A stretch of 64,000 nt of DNA, from positions 220,742 through 284,741 of the forward strand of contig CBDDGG010000003.1 in assembly GCA_965227755.1 (NCBI GenBank), read 5' to 3'. Shown here piece after piece: positions 26,735 through 35,266 of this stretch (its first letter is position 1; each line of letters opens with the position of its first letter). The stretch comes from Dyadobacter sp. (GTDB taxonomy: Bacteria; Bacteroidota; Bacteroidia; Cytophagales; Spirosomataceae). The notes under the pieces were generated by a model, which ran no database searches, had not been told where the DNA came from, and saw only the letters and a list, made by a program, of their open reading frames with translations. Made by a program: the position numbers and the translations under genes.

Positions 26735-27307
26735 TTGAATACCCTTGTTCTGCAACATTTTCTGGAATCGGAATGGATCGAAGGCTGTCGACGTGGAGAT
26801 GCGCGTTGTCAGGAAAAGGTGTTCAGGCATTTTTACGGATATGTGATGGGTATTTGTTTGAGGTATTCCAATTCGGATTATCAAGCCCGGGAAATTTTGA
26901 ACGATAGTTTCCTGAAAGTCTTTGAAAATATTCTGATCACCCCGGAAATCCTTGTTTTCAGGGCCTGGCTTCGGAGAATTGTTGTCAATACCGCGCTTGA
27001 CCACTACCGTAAGGAGCGGCGACGGCTGGAAAAGGTCACCACCGACATTGCCGGGGAAGATATGATGATCGGCGAGGATATAATCGACAAACTTTCTGCG
27101 GAAGAGATTATCAAATTGTTGCAGGAACTTCCGGAGAGCCAGAGACTGGTTTTTAACCTGTATGAAATCGAAGGATATAGCCACCAGGAGATAGGAGAGA
27201 TGCTTGGGTTTCCCGCAGCCACCAGCAGGACCTATCTGACACGCGGAAAGCAACGGATAAAGTCGTTGATGTTACAACGAAAATTTGGAAGCCGATATGG
27301 GGAATGA
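26735..27307 (+). CDS. ECF-type RNA polymerase sigma-70 family factor
   Basis: 190-aa ORF that needs a TTG start at 26735. Region 2: WIEGCRRGDARCQEKVFRHFYGYVMGICLRYSNSDYQAREILNDSFLKVF. Region 4: LYEIEGYSHQEIGEMLGFPAATSRTYLTRGKQRI. Confidence 0.8.
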   Translation: MNTLVLQHFLESEWIEGCRRGDARCQEKVFRHFYGYVMGICLRYSNSDYQAREILNDSFLKVFENILITPEILVFRAWLRRIVVNTALDHYRKERRRLEKVTTDIAGEDMMIGEDIIDKLSAEEIIKLLQELPESQRLVFNLYEIEGYSHQEIGEMLGFPAATSRTYLTRGKQRIKSLMLQRKFGSRYGE

Positions 27308-28532
27308 CGAAGCGTTTCGGAAAATAAGGGACAAGCTGGCCGGGTTCGAAAGCGACTTTCCGGATGATTCCTGGCATCTGTTTGAAAAACACCGTCTCAA
27401 AAAAGAAAGGGACCGGAAACTTGCCGGCGCCCTAGGTGTCGGTATGCTGATCATATTCATTTTAGGTGCTTTGATCGGTTCCTGGGTTTTTCTGGTGCCT
27501 GGAAACAGGGTAACACAACAATCGAAAAAATCCAATTCTGCCACTCAAAAGCCCGATGCGGAAGTTGAAACTAGCAAATCCGCCAGGAGTAGGGGCCGGA
27601 AACCGCAGGGAACCGACTTTCAAAGAAACGCCGACAAAACGGATGCTGTGGGCGGGATAGCTGCGATTATTCCAAATAAAGCAAGTGCCAAACTGCCGGA
27701 CGCCGCTCCGGTAATTTCTCTTTCAGGGACTTCGTACAATAGCCCTGAAACCGTTTCGTTCATCCCCGGCCCCGATTTCCAGTCGCCTCCAAAAGCGTTG
27801 ACCAGCAGAGGGCCCTTGTTATATGTGGTGAATTTGGGATTACCGTCCATTCAAACAAGTGAATTGAACACGCCTGGGGATACCGGACGAATCCGTCGTG
27901 GCTTTCAGCTGAGTATGGGGCCTGCCATGCGGGCCAACTATGCCCAACCTTCCGAAAACAGATTTACGTTGGGGCCAGCTATTTTTGCCACATTTCCCAT
28001 TAGTACCAAACTCTCGCTGCGAGGTGGCCTGGCCCTCATGCGCGAACACGTGTACGTGAGCAACACAAATCCGGTATTCAATGAAAATGCAGTCAGGTGG
28101 CTGAACCGGGGCGACTACCGCTGGTGGGACCTTGAAATCCCGGTTGATTTTCAGGTAAGGCTTCATAACAATCCAAAATTTAGCTTATCGGGGCTCTTGG
28201 GTGCGTCGTCGTCCCTATCCTGGGGCGAGCATTTTAAAGAATTGTATCAAAAGGATAAAATAATTACTACTACGCTGGCTCTTCATAATGGGGAAGTCAG
28301 GGAAGTTCAGGAGTTGGTATCAAAGCAGGAGGAGCCTTTCGCAGGTCGGAGAAGCGGGGCTGTTTTTACGCCGGCGGCCTATTTGAACGCGTCAATCATC
28401 CTAGAAAAGAAGGTAACAGCAGGGAGCTCCGTGGTAATAGAGCCGCAGCTTCGATATCCCATCGGCGGTGTTACGAGCCGCAATTTGAAATTTACGTCCA
28501 TAGGTCTTCAGATCAGGATATTGTATAAATAA
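27297..28532 (+). CDS. single-pass membrane protein with long Ser/Lys/Pro-rich linker and C-terminal OM beta-barrel-like domain; putative cognate anti-sigma factor
   Basis: The ATG at 27297 overlaps the sigma gene's 3' end by 11 nt. The protein has a ~40-aa cytoplasmic N-terminus, a TM segment (LAGALGVGMLIIFILGALIGSWVFLV), a low-complexity linker, then alternating-hydrophobic beta-strand pattern (FQLSMGPAMRANY ... FTSIGLQIRILYK). No zinc-anti-sigma HxxxCxxC motif is present. Confidence 0.7.
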   Translation: MGNDEAFRKIRDKLAGFESDFPDDSWHLFEKHRLKKERDRKLAGALGVGMLIIFILGALIGSWVFLVPGNRVTQQSKKSNSATQKPDAEVETSKSARSRGRKPQGTDFQRNADKTDAVGGIAAIIPNKASAKLPDAAPVISLSGTSYNSPETVSFIPGPDFQSPPKALTSRGPLLYVVNLGLPSIQTSELNTPGDTGRIRRGFQLSMGPAMRANYAQPSENRFTLGPAIFATFPISTKLSLRGGLALMREHVYVSNTNPVFNENAVRWLNRGDYRWWDLEIPVDFQVRLHNNPKFSLSGLLGASSSLSWGEHFKELYQKDKIITTTLALHNGEVREVQELVSKQEEPFAGRRSGAVFTPAAYLNASIILEKKVTAGSSVVIEPQLRYPIGGVTSRNLKFTSIGLQIRILYK

Positions 28533-28703
28533 GTGAAGCTACATCGCCCCCGGGAGAGAATGGAAATGGATTAAGAAATTTCAGCATTATCGGCCCGGCA
28601 TTTTCTATACAGGAATCATTGTGTTAAGTTGGTCACCTTTTACGGGTAACGGCAGTAAAACGTGCCCGATTTCAGGATTTTTAAACAAAAGATCACTTAA
28701 CCG

Positions 28704-31208
28704 ATGAAAATCGCGCTTAAAAGAATAGCCCTCTCGGTGGCTATTTCGGGCTGGTGCATTCCGGCAGTCGTTGCTCAAAAAGCTGATTCGCTGAAACTCT
28801 GGTACGCCCAGCCAGCCAAAGAATGGATAGAAGCATTGCCGGTCGGGAACGGGCATATAGGCGCTATGGTTTTTGGTGGGGTGGAAGAGGAGCTGATCCA
28901 GCTGAACGAAAGCACGCTGTGGTCGGGTGGACCTGTTAAAACGAATGTCAACCCAGGCTCAGCTTCCTACCTTCCCCAGGTTCGCAAAGCATTACTTGAA
29001 AACCAGGACTACCAACTGGCCAATGCGTTGCTGAAAAAAATGCAGGGTTTGTACACCGAATCGTATATGCCGATGGGTGACCTAAAAATCATCCAGGATT
29101 TCATGGGTGCCAAACCTGATCGCTATTACCGTGATCTGCATATCGGCAATGCACTGGCGAACACGGTTTTTACCGTGAACGGCGTCGAGTATAAGCGGGA
29201 AATTCTCACCTCGGCTCCCGACAATATCCTTGCCATTCGCTTGTCCGCAAGCAAGGCCGGACAGCTGAACTTCCAGGTGTCGGCAAGCAGCAAGTTGCGC
29301 TACCAGATTGACGTTTCGAAGGCCAATGAGCTCGTGGTGAGCGGGAAAGCACCTGCGCACGTGGATCCGAACTACTATAACCCGCCGGGCCGGCAGCCGA
29401 TCGTGTATGAAGATACTACCGGCTGTAACGGCATGCGGTTTCAGTTCAGGATCAAGGCAGTGAACAAAGACGGGGAGGTTGTCGTATCATCCTCCGGCAT
29501 TCAGGTGAAGGGTGCTTCCGAGGTGGTTATCTACCTTTCTGCCGCGACCAGTTTCAATGGTTTCGATAAATGTCCCGATAGCGAAGGTAAAGACGAGAAG
29601 GCACTCGCTGCCGGCTTTATGCAAAAGGCAGTGGCAAAGAGCTACAATCAGCTCAAAACGGATCATTTGAAGGATTTTAAGTCTTTTTTTAACCGGGTCA
29701 CTTTCAATATCAAAGACACGCTGGGTGTTAATCAAAATACGCTTTTACCGTCCGACGAACGTTTGAAATCCTATTCGAAGGGTGCCTATGACCCTGGATT
29801 GGAACGGCTTTACTTCCAGTTCGGTCGCTATCTGCTGATCTCTTCCTCGCGGCCGGCGCTACCCGGCGTCCCGGCCGGGCCTCCTGCCAACCTGCAGGGA
29901 ATCTGGAACAAGGAAATGCGGCCACCGTGGAGCTCCAACTACACGATCAACATCAATACCCAGATGAACTACTGGCCTGCCGAGGTAACCAACCTGTCGG
30001 AGATGCACCAACCGCTGCTGACCTGGATCCAGGACCTTTCCAAAACGGGCGCAACGACGGCGAAGGAGTTTTACGGGGCAAAAGGCTGGGTAGCGCACCA
30101 CAATTCGGATATCTGGGGCCAGTCGAACCCGGTGGGCAATGTGGGCGACGGCGACCCGGTGTGGGCCAACTGGTTTATGGGTGCCGATTGGCTTTGCCAG
30201 CATCTCTGGGAGCATTACCGGTTCACGCAGGATAAGGATTTTCTCAAAAACAAAGCCTATCCGGTGATGAAGCAGGCCGCTATCTTTACGCTCGACTGGC
30301 TGGTAGAGGACGCCGACGGTTATCTGGTAACGGCCCCTTCCACGTCCCCGGAGAATCTTTTTAAAGACCCCAAAGGTGGGGAGGCAGCGGTTTCGGTCGC
30401 TACTACCATGGATATTTCCATTGTTCACGACCTTTTTTCGAACCTCATCGATGCCGGTCAGGTGCTTGGGACGGACACCGAATTCAGGAACCTGCTGATT
30501 GAAAAACGCAAGAAGCTTTACCCGCTCAAAATCGATAAAAGGGGCAGGTTACAGGAGTGGTACAAGGATTTTGAAGAGACCGACACCCTCCACCGACATG
30601 TCTCGCATTTGTTTGCATTACACCCCGGGCACCGGATTTCCACGGAAACGCCGGAGTTTTTCGAAGCTGCCAAAAAGACGCTGGAAGTGCGCGGCGACGC
30701 GGGTACAGGTTGGAGTAAAGGCTGGAAGATCAATTTCTGGGCGCGGTTACTGGACGGAGATCACGCTTACAAGCTGATCCGCCAACTCATGCGATACACC
30801 GATAACTCCAAAGGCAATTCGGGCGGCGGAACCTATCCCAATTTCTTCGATGCGCATCCGCCGTTCCAGATCGACGGAAATTTTGCCGGTACCGCCGGGA
30901 TGGCCGAAATGCTCGTCCAGAGCCATTTGTCGGAGGTAGCGATTCTGCCGGCGCTTCCCGCCGCTTGGAAGGAAGGCCAGGTGAGTGGTCTGAAAGCCCG
31001 GTCGGGATTTGAGATCGATATTGCCTGGACAGACGGAAAATTGAAACAGGCGCGTATCAAGTCCCTCAGCGGCCAGCCCTGCCAGCTGCGGACCAGCGTT
31101 CCTGTCAAAGTACCGGGCATGCAGGTGAAAAGCCGGAAGGCGGGCAACGGCTATGTTACCACGCTAAGCGTTAAAAAGGGAGCCGTAGTAATCGTTCGTC
31201 CGATTTAA
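28704..31208 (+). CDS. glycoside hydrolase family 95 (alpha-L-fucosidase/galactosidase type)
   Basis: 834-aa ORF. GH95 N-terminal signature: LWYAQPAKEWIEALPVGNGHIGAMVFGGVEEELIQLNESTLWSGGP. Catalytic-region motif: NYTININTQMNYWPAE (N-I-N at 29949-29957). Also GTGWSKGWKINFWARL. Confidence 0.9.
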   Translation: MKIALKRIALSVAISGWCIPAVVAQKADSLKLWYAQPAKEWIEALPVGNGHIGAMVFGGVEEELIQLNESTLWSGGPVKTNVNPGSASYLPQVRKALLENQDYQLANALLKKMQGLYTESYMPMGDLKIIQDFMGAKPDRYYRDLHIGNALANTVFTVNGVEYKREILTSAPDNILAIRLSASKAGQLNFQVSASSKLRYQIDVSKANELVVSGKAPAHVDPNYYNPPGRQPIVYEDTTGCNGMRFQFRIKAVNKDGEVVVSSSGIQVKGASEVVIYLSAATSFNGFDKCPDSEGKDEKALAAGFMQKAVAKSYNQLKTDHLKDFKSFFNRVTFNIKDTLGVNQNTLLPSDERLKSYSKGAYDPGLERLYFQFGRYLLISSSRPALPGVPAGPPANLQGIWNKEMRPPWSSNYTININTQMNYWPAEVTNLSEMHQPLLTWIQDLSKTGATTAKEFYGAKGWVAHHNSDIWGQSNPVGNVGDGDPVWANWFMGADWLCQHLWEHYRFTQDKDFLKNKAYPVMKQAAIFTLDWLVEDADGYLVTAPSTSPENLFKDPKGGEAAVSVATTMDISIVHDLFSNLIDAGQVLGTDTEFRNLLIEKRKKLYPLKIDKRGRLQEWYKDFEETDTLHRHVSHLFALHPGHRISTETPEFFEAAKKTLEVRGDAGTGWSKGWKINFWARLLDGDHAYKLIRQLMRYTDNSKGNSGGGTYPNFFDAHPPFQIDGNFAGTAGMAEMLVQSHLSEVAILPALPAAWKEGQVSGLKARSGFEIDIAWTDGKLKQARIKSLSGQPCQLRTSVPVKVPGMQVKSRKAGNGYVTTLSVKKGAVVIVRPI

Positions 31209-31235
31209 CGCAACTACGCAGGTGATCTGAGAGTA

Positions 31236-31260
31236 GAAGCCAAGAATTGGTTTTGGCTTC
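31236..31260. terminator. 8-bp hairpin (GAAGCCAA / TTGGCTTC, 9-nt loop) between convergent genes
   Basis: Read directly: 31236-31243 pairs with 31253-31260. It lies between the GH95 stop (31208) and the stop of the minus-strand NTase-HEPN gene (31259-61). It has only a weak T-run, so termination function is uncertain. Confidence 0.3.
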
Positions 31261-32128
31261 ACTCTTTTGTGAATTGCGCGATGCGTTTGTTGCAAATGCG
31301 TTCGGTAAGTTCTTTCAGCAGTTTCACGCGCTCGCCCAGGTATTCCAATTCTGCTTTTTCGATTTTGTAATGAATTTCATATCTGGCGTCTATATACGCT
31401 TTTCTCAGAAGTTGAAACAGCCGCTCTTCGTCGGGCGTACTTCTTGAAAAAACGGTTGCGAAGTCAGGATGGAGTTTTCCGACTTGATTTCCTAACTCCT
31501 CAATATCGTGAATTTTTGGTTTGTAATCGGTGAAAACAAGGAGGATGGAGGTATACAACCTTTCAGTGGTTTGATGCAACAAAAAGGCAGCCTCTTTATA
31601 ATATGTTAAGTTATCCTCTCCTTTCTGGAAGTACATTTCAAACCCCTCTAAAAAATGGCTTGCTGAGGTAAACCAATTCCCAAAATGCCCTTTGGCTTTT
31701 TTCTGCCTTTCCTCCGGGTTCATGCTTTTCGGCTCGGATAACTTAAAATTTTCAGAATCAAAAAGCAGAATTCCTTCCTTCAAAATATCCACAAAAAAGT
31801 AGCTATTCGTTTCAATCTTATCGTTTACAAACCCGATGCTATGCTGGATAATGCTGGTTCTCGTAATGTCTTTATTTCCAGCCAACTCCTTGTCTAGTTT
31901 CCGCCATTTTTTGTCCCGTTTGGCGGAAATCCTGTCCTTGGTAATGACGAGAATGTCAAAATCACTCACATACTCATACTTCTCCTGATAATCCTCAACC
32001 CATTCCCCACGTGCATAGCTGCCAAAAAGGATGATCATTTCAGCCGGTACCTTGTCCAGGACTATTTGGGTGAGAGCTTTTAGTTGATCTTGTTTGGATT
32101 TTGGGAGGTGGGAGAGGGTGGTTTTCAT
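31259..32128 (-). CDS. fused nucleotidyltransferase (Pol-beta/MNT-like) + HEPN domain protein
   Basis: 289-aa ORF. NTase motif: ILFGSYARGEW...YVSDFDILVIT (GS...DxD). The C-terminal helical domain has a HEPN-like signature ...LLRKAYIDARYEIHY. Confidence 0.8.
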   Translation of the reverse strand: MKTTLSHLPKSKQDQLKALTQIVLDKVPAEMIILFGSYARGEWVEDYQEKYEYVSDFDILVITKDRISAKRDKKWRKLDKELAGNKDITRTSIIQHSIGFVNDKIETNSYFFVDILKEGILLFDSENFKLSEPKSMNPEERQKKAKGHFGNWFTSASHFLEGFEMYFQKGEDNLTYYKEAAFLLHQTTERLYTSILLVFTDYKPKIHDIEELGNQVGKLHPDFATVFSRSTPDEERLFQLLRKAYIDARYEIHYKIEKAELEYLGERVKLLKELTERICNKRIAQFTKE

Positions 32129-32165
32129 GTGTGTGTGGGAGGTTGGTATGGGAGGTGATCGTCAG
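32121..32165. repeat. repeat copy A: 5' junction sequence (GTTTTCATGTGTGTGTGGGAGGT...GATCGTCAGG on plus strand) spanning the NTase-HEPN start codon
   Basis: By eye it matches 32904-32940 (GTTTTCATTCGTGTGTGGGGAGGT...CTTCGTCCTG). On the minus strand both read ...GACGA..ACCTCCC(C)ACACAC..ATGAAAAC. Confidence 0.6.
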
Positions 32166-32482
32166 GAAGCCAATTTTTTAGGATTGACTTCTACATTAAA
32201 ATTCACTTTTGCCCCTAATGCATCAAATACTTTAAGAATCGTTTCCAACCTTGCATTTTTTACACTATTCTCAATTTTAGAAATTTGGGCTTTTTGCACG
32301 CCTACAAGTTCTCCTAATTGCTCCTGGGTTAGATTGCGCTCTTGTCTTACTTGTTTTATTGCGTGGCCCAGCAAGTCAATTCTCAGCTCGTTTTCAAAAG
32401 CCTCCCGTCTTTCTGTTCCACGTTCTCCGATGTGCTTGTCAATCATTGTATCAAGCGAAACGGTTTTAAATTTATTATTCAT
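32162..32482 (-). CDS. XRE-family helix-turn-helix protein (HigA-like antitoxin)
   Basis: 106-aa ORF. HTH_3-like segment: IKQVRQERNLTQEQLGELVGVQKAQISKIENSVKNARLETILKVFDALG. It lies 7 nt downstream of a RelE/Gp49-like toxin gene. Confidence 0.8.
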   Translation of the reverse strand: MNNKFKTVSLDTMIDKHIGERGTERREAFENELRIDLLGHAIKQVRQERNLTQEQLGELVGVQKAQISKIENSVKNARLETILKVFDALGAKVNFNVEVNPKKLAS

Positions 32483-32489
32483 AACTATT

Positions 32490-32831
32490 TCATTTTGCTT
32501 TGTTGTCCAAATACTGTCTCCTGATTTCCTCAGCTTTCTTAATCTCTTTTGGCGGCGTCTTCTGCGTCTTTTTTAGAATACCATGTGTCGCCACAACCAA
32601 CGTTTCCTTACCATCAATTTTGTCCCAAAATGAAAAAAGTCGATATGCCTTGCTATTGTATAGCGTCCTGAATTCCCAAATGAAGTCGTTAAGTTTTTTG
32701 AAAAGCTCGTTGTCATTTACAGATTGAGATTTTCTGATATTATAATAGATCTTCTCTCTCGTTTTATCGTCCAGAGCCTCTAAAAACTCGACAGCTTCCG
32801 GCAATAATTGTATTTCGTAGTTTGGCTTCAT
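32490..32831 (-). CDS. RelE/ParE-superfamily toxin of the HigB / phage Gp49-like type
   Basis: Preferred start is the ATG at 32831 (MKPNYEIQLLPEAVEFLEALDDKTREKIYYNIRK...EFRTLYNSKAYRLFSFWDK...LVVATHGILKKTQKTPPKEIKKAE). Toxin-first gene order followed by an XRE gene is typical of HigBA. Confidence 0.8.
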   Translation of the reverse strand: MKPNYEIQLLPEAVEFLEALDDKTREKIYYNIRKSQSVNDNELFKKLNDFIWEFRTLYNSKAYRLFSFWDKIDGKETLVVATHGILKKTQKTPPKEIKKAEEIRRQYLDNKAK

Positions 32832-32903
32832 CCGCAAATTCAGTTAAAGATATAAATTTCCCGATTGGGAAACAATTTGTTGCCGTAAATTTTGATAGTT
32901 GGA

Positions 32904-32940
32904 GTTTTCATTCGTGTGTGGGGAGGTAATCTTCGTCCTG
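32904..32940. repeat. repeat copy B of the 5' junction sequence; on the minus strand it precedes a 23-codon ORF (32911..32840)
   Basis: See copy A. The minus-strand ATG at 32911 opens MKTPTIKIYGNKLFPNREIYIFN*, which stops 8 nt before the toxin ATG. Confidence 0.55.
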
Positions 32941-33189
32941 TTCTAAGCTGCTTCTAAGTTAGTGCCTCAAATGGAGGACAGCAGCATGATATGAATGCCG
33001 TACGTATCAACGGATAGAAGTATTTTTCAAACTGTATATTTCAATGAACCAAAGTTACCCATCGCCTCCCAACCCATCTTTTTCTTCGGCAACCTAACAC
33101 ACCCAACAAATTTTTACTTAAATTTTTGTAATTTTCCAAACAATATATTGCTGACTGGTTACTTATTGATTATTAGTTCTGTTTGAGAT

Positions 33190-33786
33190 TTGAGTGAGAC
33201 TTATTCGGATAGCGACAAATACCTGGTACTCTCTGCCTCGCATGGGAGTCAGGCGGCGTTTGTATCGCTTTTTCATCGCTACAAAAACAAGCTTTTCGGC
33301 TACACGCTCCGCCTTACCGGCTCCGAAATGCTGGCCGAGGATATTGTTCAGGATGTTTTCATGAAACTCTGGGCGGATCACGTCTCGCTCGCGTCGATCG
33401 ATAACTTCGGCAGCTACATTTTCAGGATGTCCAGGAATCATGTGCTCAACCATTTCAAACGCGTGGCGCACGAGACAGCCATTGTTTCCGAAATGTTCAG
33501 GGATGGAGAGCCCGGGAACAACAATGCACATGAAATGCTGGCCGCCAGGGAGGTCGAGGAGGTTTTGCAATCGGTGGTGGGTACTTTGCCGCCCCAGCAG
33601 CGGGCCGTATACCGCCTGAGCCGGGAGGAGGGGAAAAGTCATGAAGAAATCGCCGACCTGCTCAAAATATCCCCCAATACGGTTAAAAACCACATTGTGC
33701 AAGCCATGGCGACCATTCGCACCCAGCTCCGCCGCCACGCCGATTCGCTGCTCGTCGCAGTGATACTGCTCTCCTTGAAAAAATAA
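33190..33786 (+). CDS. ECF-type sigma factor (FecI-like) of the downstream PUL
   Basis: 198-aa ORF that needs a TTG start. Region 2: HGSQAAFVSLFHRYKNKLFGYTLRLTGSEMLAEDIVQDVFMKLW. Region 4: EEGKSHEEIADLLKISPNTVKNHIVQAM. It is followed by FecR and an STN-containing SusC. Confidence 0.85.
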   Translation: MSETYSDSDKYLVLSASHGSQAAFVSLFHRYKNKLFGYTLRLTGSEMLAEDIVQDVFMKLWADHVSLASIDNFGSYIFRMSRNHVLNHFKRVAHETAIVSEMFRDGEPGNNNAHEMLAAREVEEVLQSVVGTLPPQQRAVYRLSREEGKSHEEIADLLKISPNTVKNHIVQAMATIRTQLRRHADSLLVAVILLSLKK

Positions 33787-33933
33787 TTCAAAAAATTTTC
33801 TTCCTGACTAGTCCCTGGCCTTTTGCCGGTTGTCTTTCATTTGGCAATCGGGGTAAATCGTTTGCAATTGGCTTGAAAAAAATATCCGGATAGCCAAATT
33901 AAATAATGGTAGTAGCCGGAACTAAGATATATT

Positions 33934-35130
33934 ATGCTTGACGAACGGATCAAAGATTTAATCGGAAAACTGATCGACGGAACGCTGGACGCGCCGGAGA
34001 AACGGGAACTGGCCGAGTGGGTTCGGCTCAATCCGGACGACGAGCGTTTTGCGCGGGCGCTGGAACAGGCGTGGGAGCGCTTCGAACCGGAACAACCCAT
34101 GCCCGAGGCTGTTTCCGACCGCATTCTGGCCAATATTTTCCCGGAGGCGGATACGGTGCGGGAGGAAGAGGATGAGCCGGAGCAAGGCGGCGGCATTACA
34201 TGGCTGTGGCCGAAACTGGTCGCCGCGGCGTTGGTGATCGGCCTGGGCGTGTACTGGTGGGCGGGCTATCGCGGCAGTCGCAATGTGGCGCAGCAGGAAA
34301 AAGCCGCGAAAGTTCAGCTGGCCGACATCCCGCCCGGCGGTAACAAGGCCATCCTCACCCTCGGCGATGGATCGAGCATTACCCTCGATAGCGCCGGCAA
34401 CGGCCTGCTCGCCAGCCAGGGCGGTACGAGCGTCACCCAATCAGGAAAAGGGCAGCTGGTGTATAAATCGGGCCGGAATATCGAAAATGCGCCGGTGTTT
34501 AATACCGTATCGACGCCCAAAGGAGGCCAGTTCCACATCGTATTGCCCGACGGGACCGGTGTATGGCTCAATGCGGCATCGAGCCTGCGCTTCCCGACGG
34601 CATTCACCGGCAAGCAGCGAAATGTCGAGATTACCGGCGAAGTGTACTTCGAAGTGGCGCATAACCGGCAAATGCCTTTTGTCGTGAAAAACGGGGCGAC
34701 GGAAATCACCGTGCTCGGGACGCATTTTAATGTAATGGCTTACGACGACGAGAAGATCATGCGGACGACATTGCTCGAAGGCGCTGTGAAAGTGACACGT
34801 GGTGCAAGAGAAGCATTGCTTGCCCCCGGCCAGCAGGCGCGGATCAGCACGGCCACGGGTAGCGTGCGCGTGGTGGACGACGTGGATACGGAAAAGGAGC
34901 TCTCGTGGAAGAACGGCTATTTCCAGTTTGAAGACGAGAGCCTGGAAAGCATTATGCGGCAGGTGTCGCGCTGGTATGACGTGGAGGTAAGGTATGAGGG
35001 CAACAGCAGGGGCGAGAACTTTACGGGGCGGCTCCCGCGCAACTCCAATGTATCGGGTGTGATGAAAATCCTCTCGCTGAGCGGGGTAAAATTCAGAATT
35101 GAAGATAAAACCATTATTGTAACACCATAA
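33934..35130 (+). CDS. FecR-family transmembrane anti-sigma factor / sensor
   Basis: 398-aa ORF. It has an N-terminal anti-sigma region, a single TM (LVAAALVIGLGVYWWAG), and a FecR-type periplasmic domain (ILTLGDGSSITLDSAG ... VEITGEVYFEVAH ... TVLGTHFNV). Confidence 0.9.
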   Translation: MLDERIKDLIGKLIDGTLDAPEKRELAEWVRLNPDDERFARALEQAWERFEPEQPMPEAVSDRILANIFPEADTVREEEDEPEQGGGITWLWPKLVAAALVIGLGVYWWAGYRGSRNVAQQEKAAKVQLADIPPGGNKAILTLGDGSSITLDSAGNGLLASQGGTSVTQSGKGQLVYKSGRNIENAPVFNTVSTPKGGQFHIVLPDGTGVWLNAASSLRFPTAFTGKQRNVEITGEVYFEVAHNRQMPFVVKNGATEITVLGTHFNVMAYDDEKIMRTTLLEGAVKVTRGAREALLAPGQQARISTATGSVRVVDDVDTEKELSWKNGYFQFEDESLESIMRQVSRWYDVEVRYEGNSRGENFTGRLPRNSNVSGVMKILSLSGVKFRIEDKTIIVTP

Positions 35131-35178
35131 CCTCCTCTGCCTATGACCGAATAGCGACTTCCTTCGCCGGCCTCTGGT

Positions 35179-35211
35179 AAAAAAAGAACGGGAACGTTGC
35201 AACCGCTCCCG
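35179..35211 (-). terminator. minus-strand intrinsic-terminator-like hairpin + T-tract in the FecR-susC gap
   Basis: The minus strand reads CGGGAGCG-gttgcaa-CGTTCCCG followed by TTCTTTTTTT. Stems are 35189-35196/35204-35211 with one mismatch, and the tail is 35179-35188. No annotated minus-strand gene is nearby. Confidence 0.45.
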
Positions 35212-35266
35212 ATCCTGCAAGAGCCCGGCACTTGTAAACAATGTCCTACTGTTTAGTACCAACTCT
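35179..35266 (-). ncRNA. candidate cis-antisense sRNA (DonS-like) opposite the susC 5' leader
   Basis: Minus-strand promoter-like TTTG (35303-35300), N20, TACTTTTG (35279-35272). There is an internal hairpin TAAACA/TGTTTA, then the terminator at 35211-35179. Predicted length is ~85 nt. No expression data. Confidence 0.3.

Noticed and set aside
32101-32152. G-run cluster (GGG at 32103, 32110, 32116, 32137, 32150) that could form a G-quadruplex on the plus strand
   Set aside because: One loop would be ~18 nt, well beyond canonical G4 loop length. The runs are explained by codons of the NTase-HEPN N-terminus and by the repeated junction sequence.
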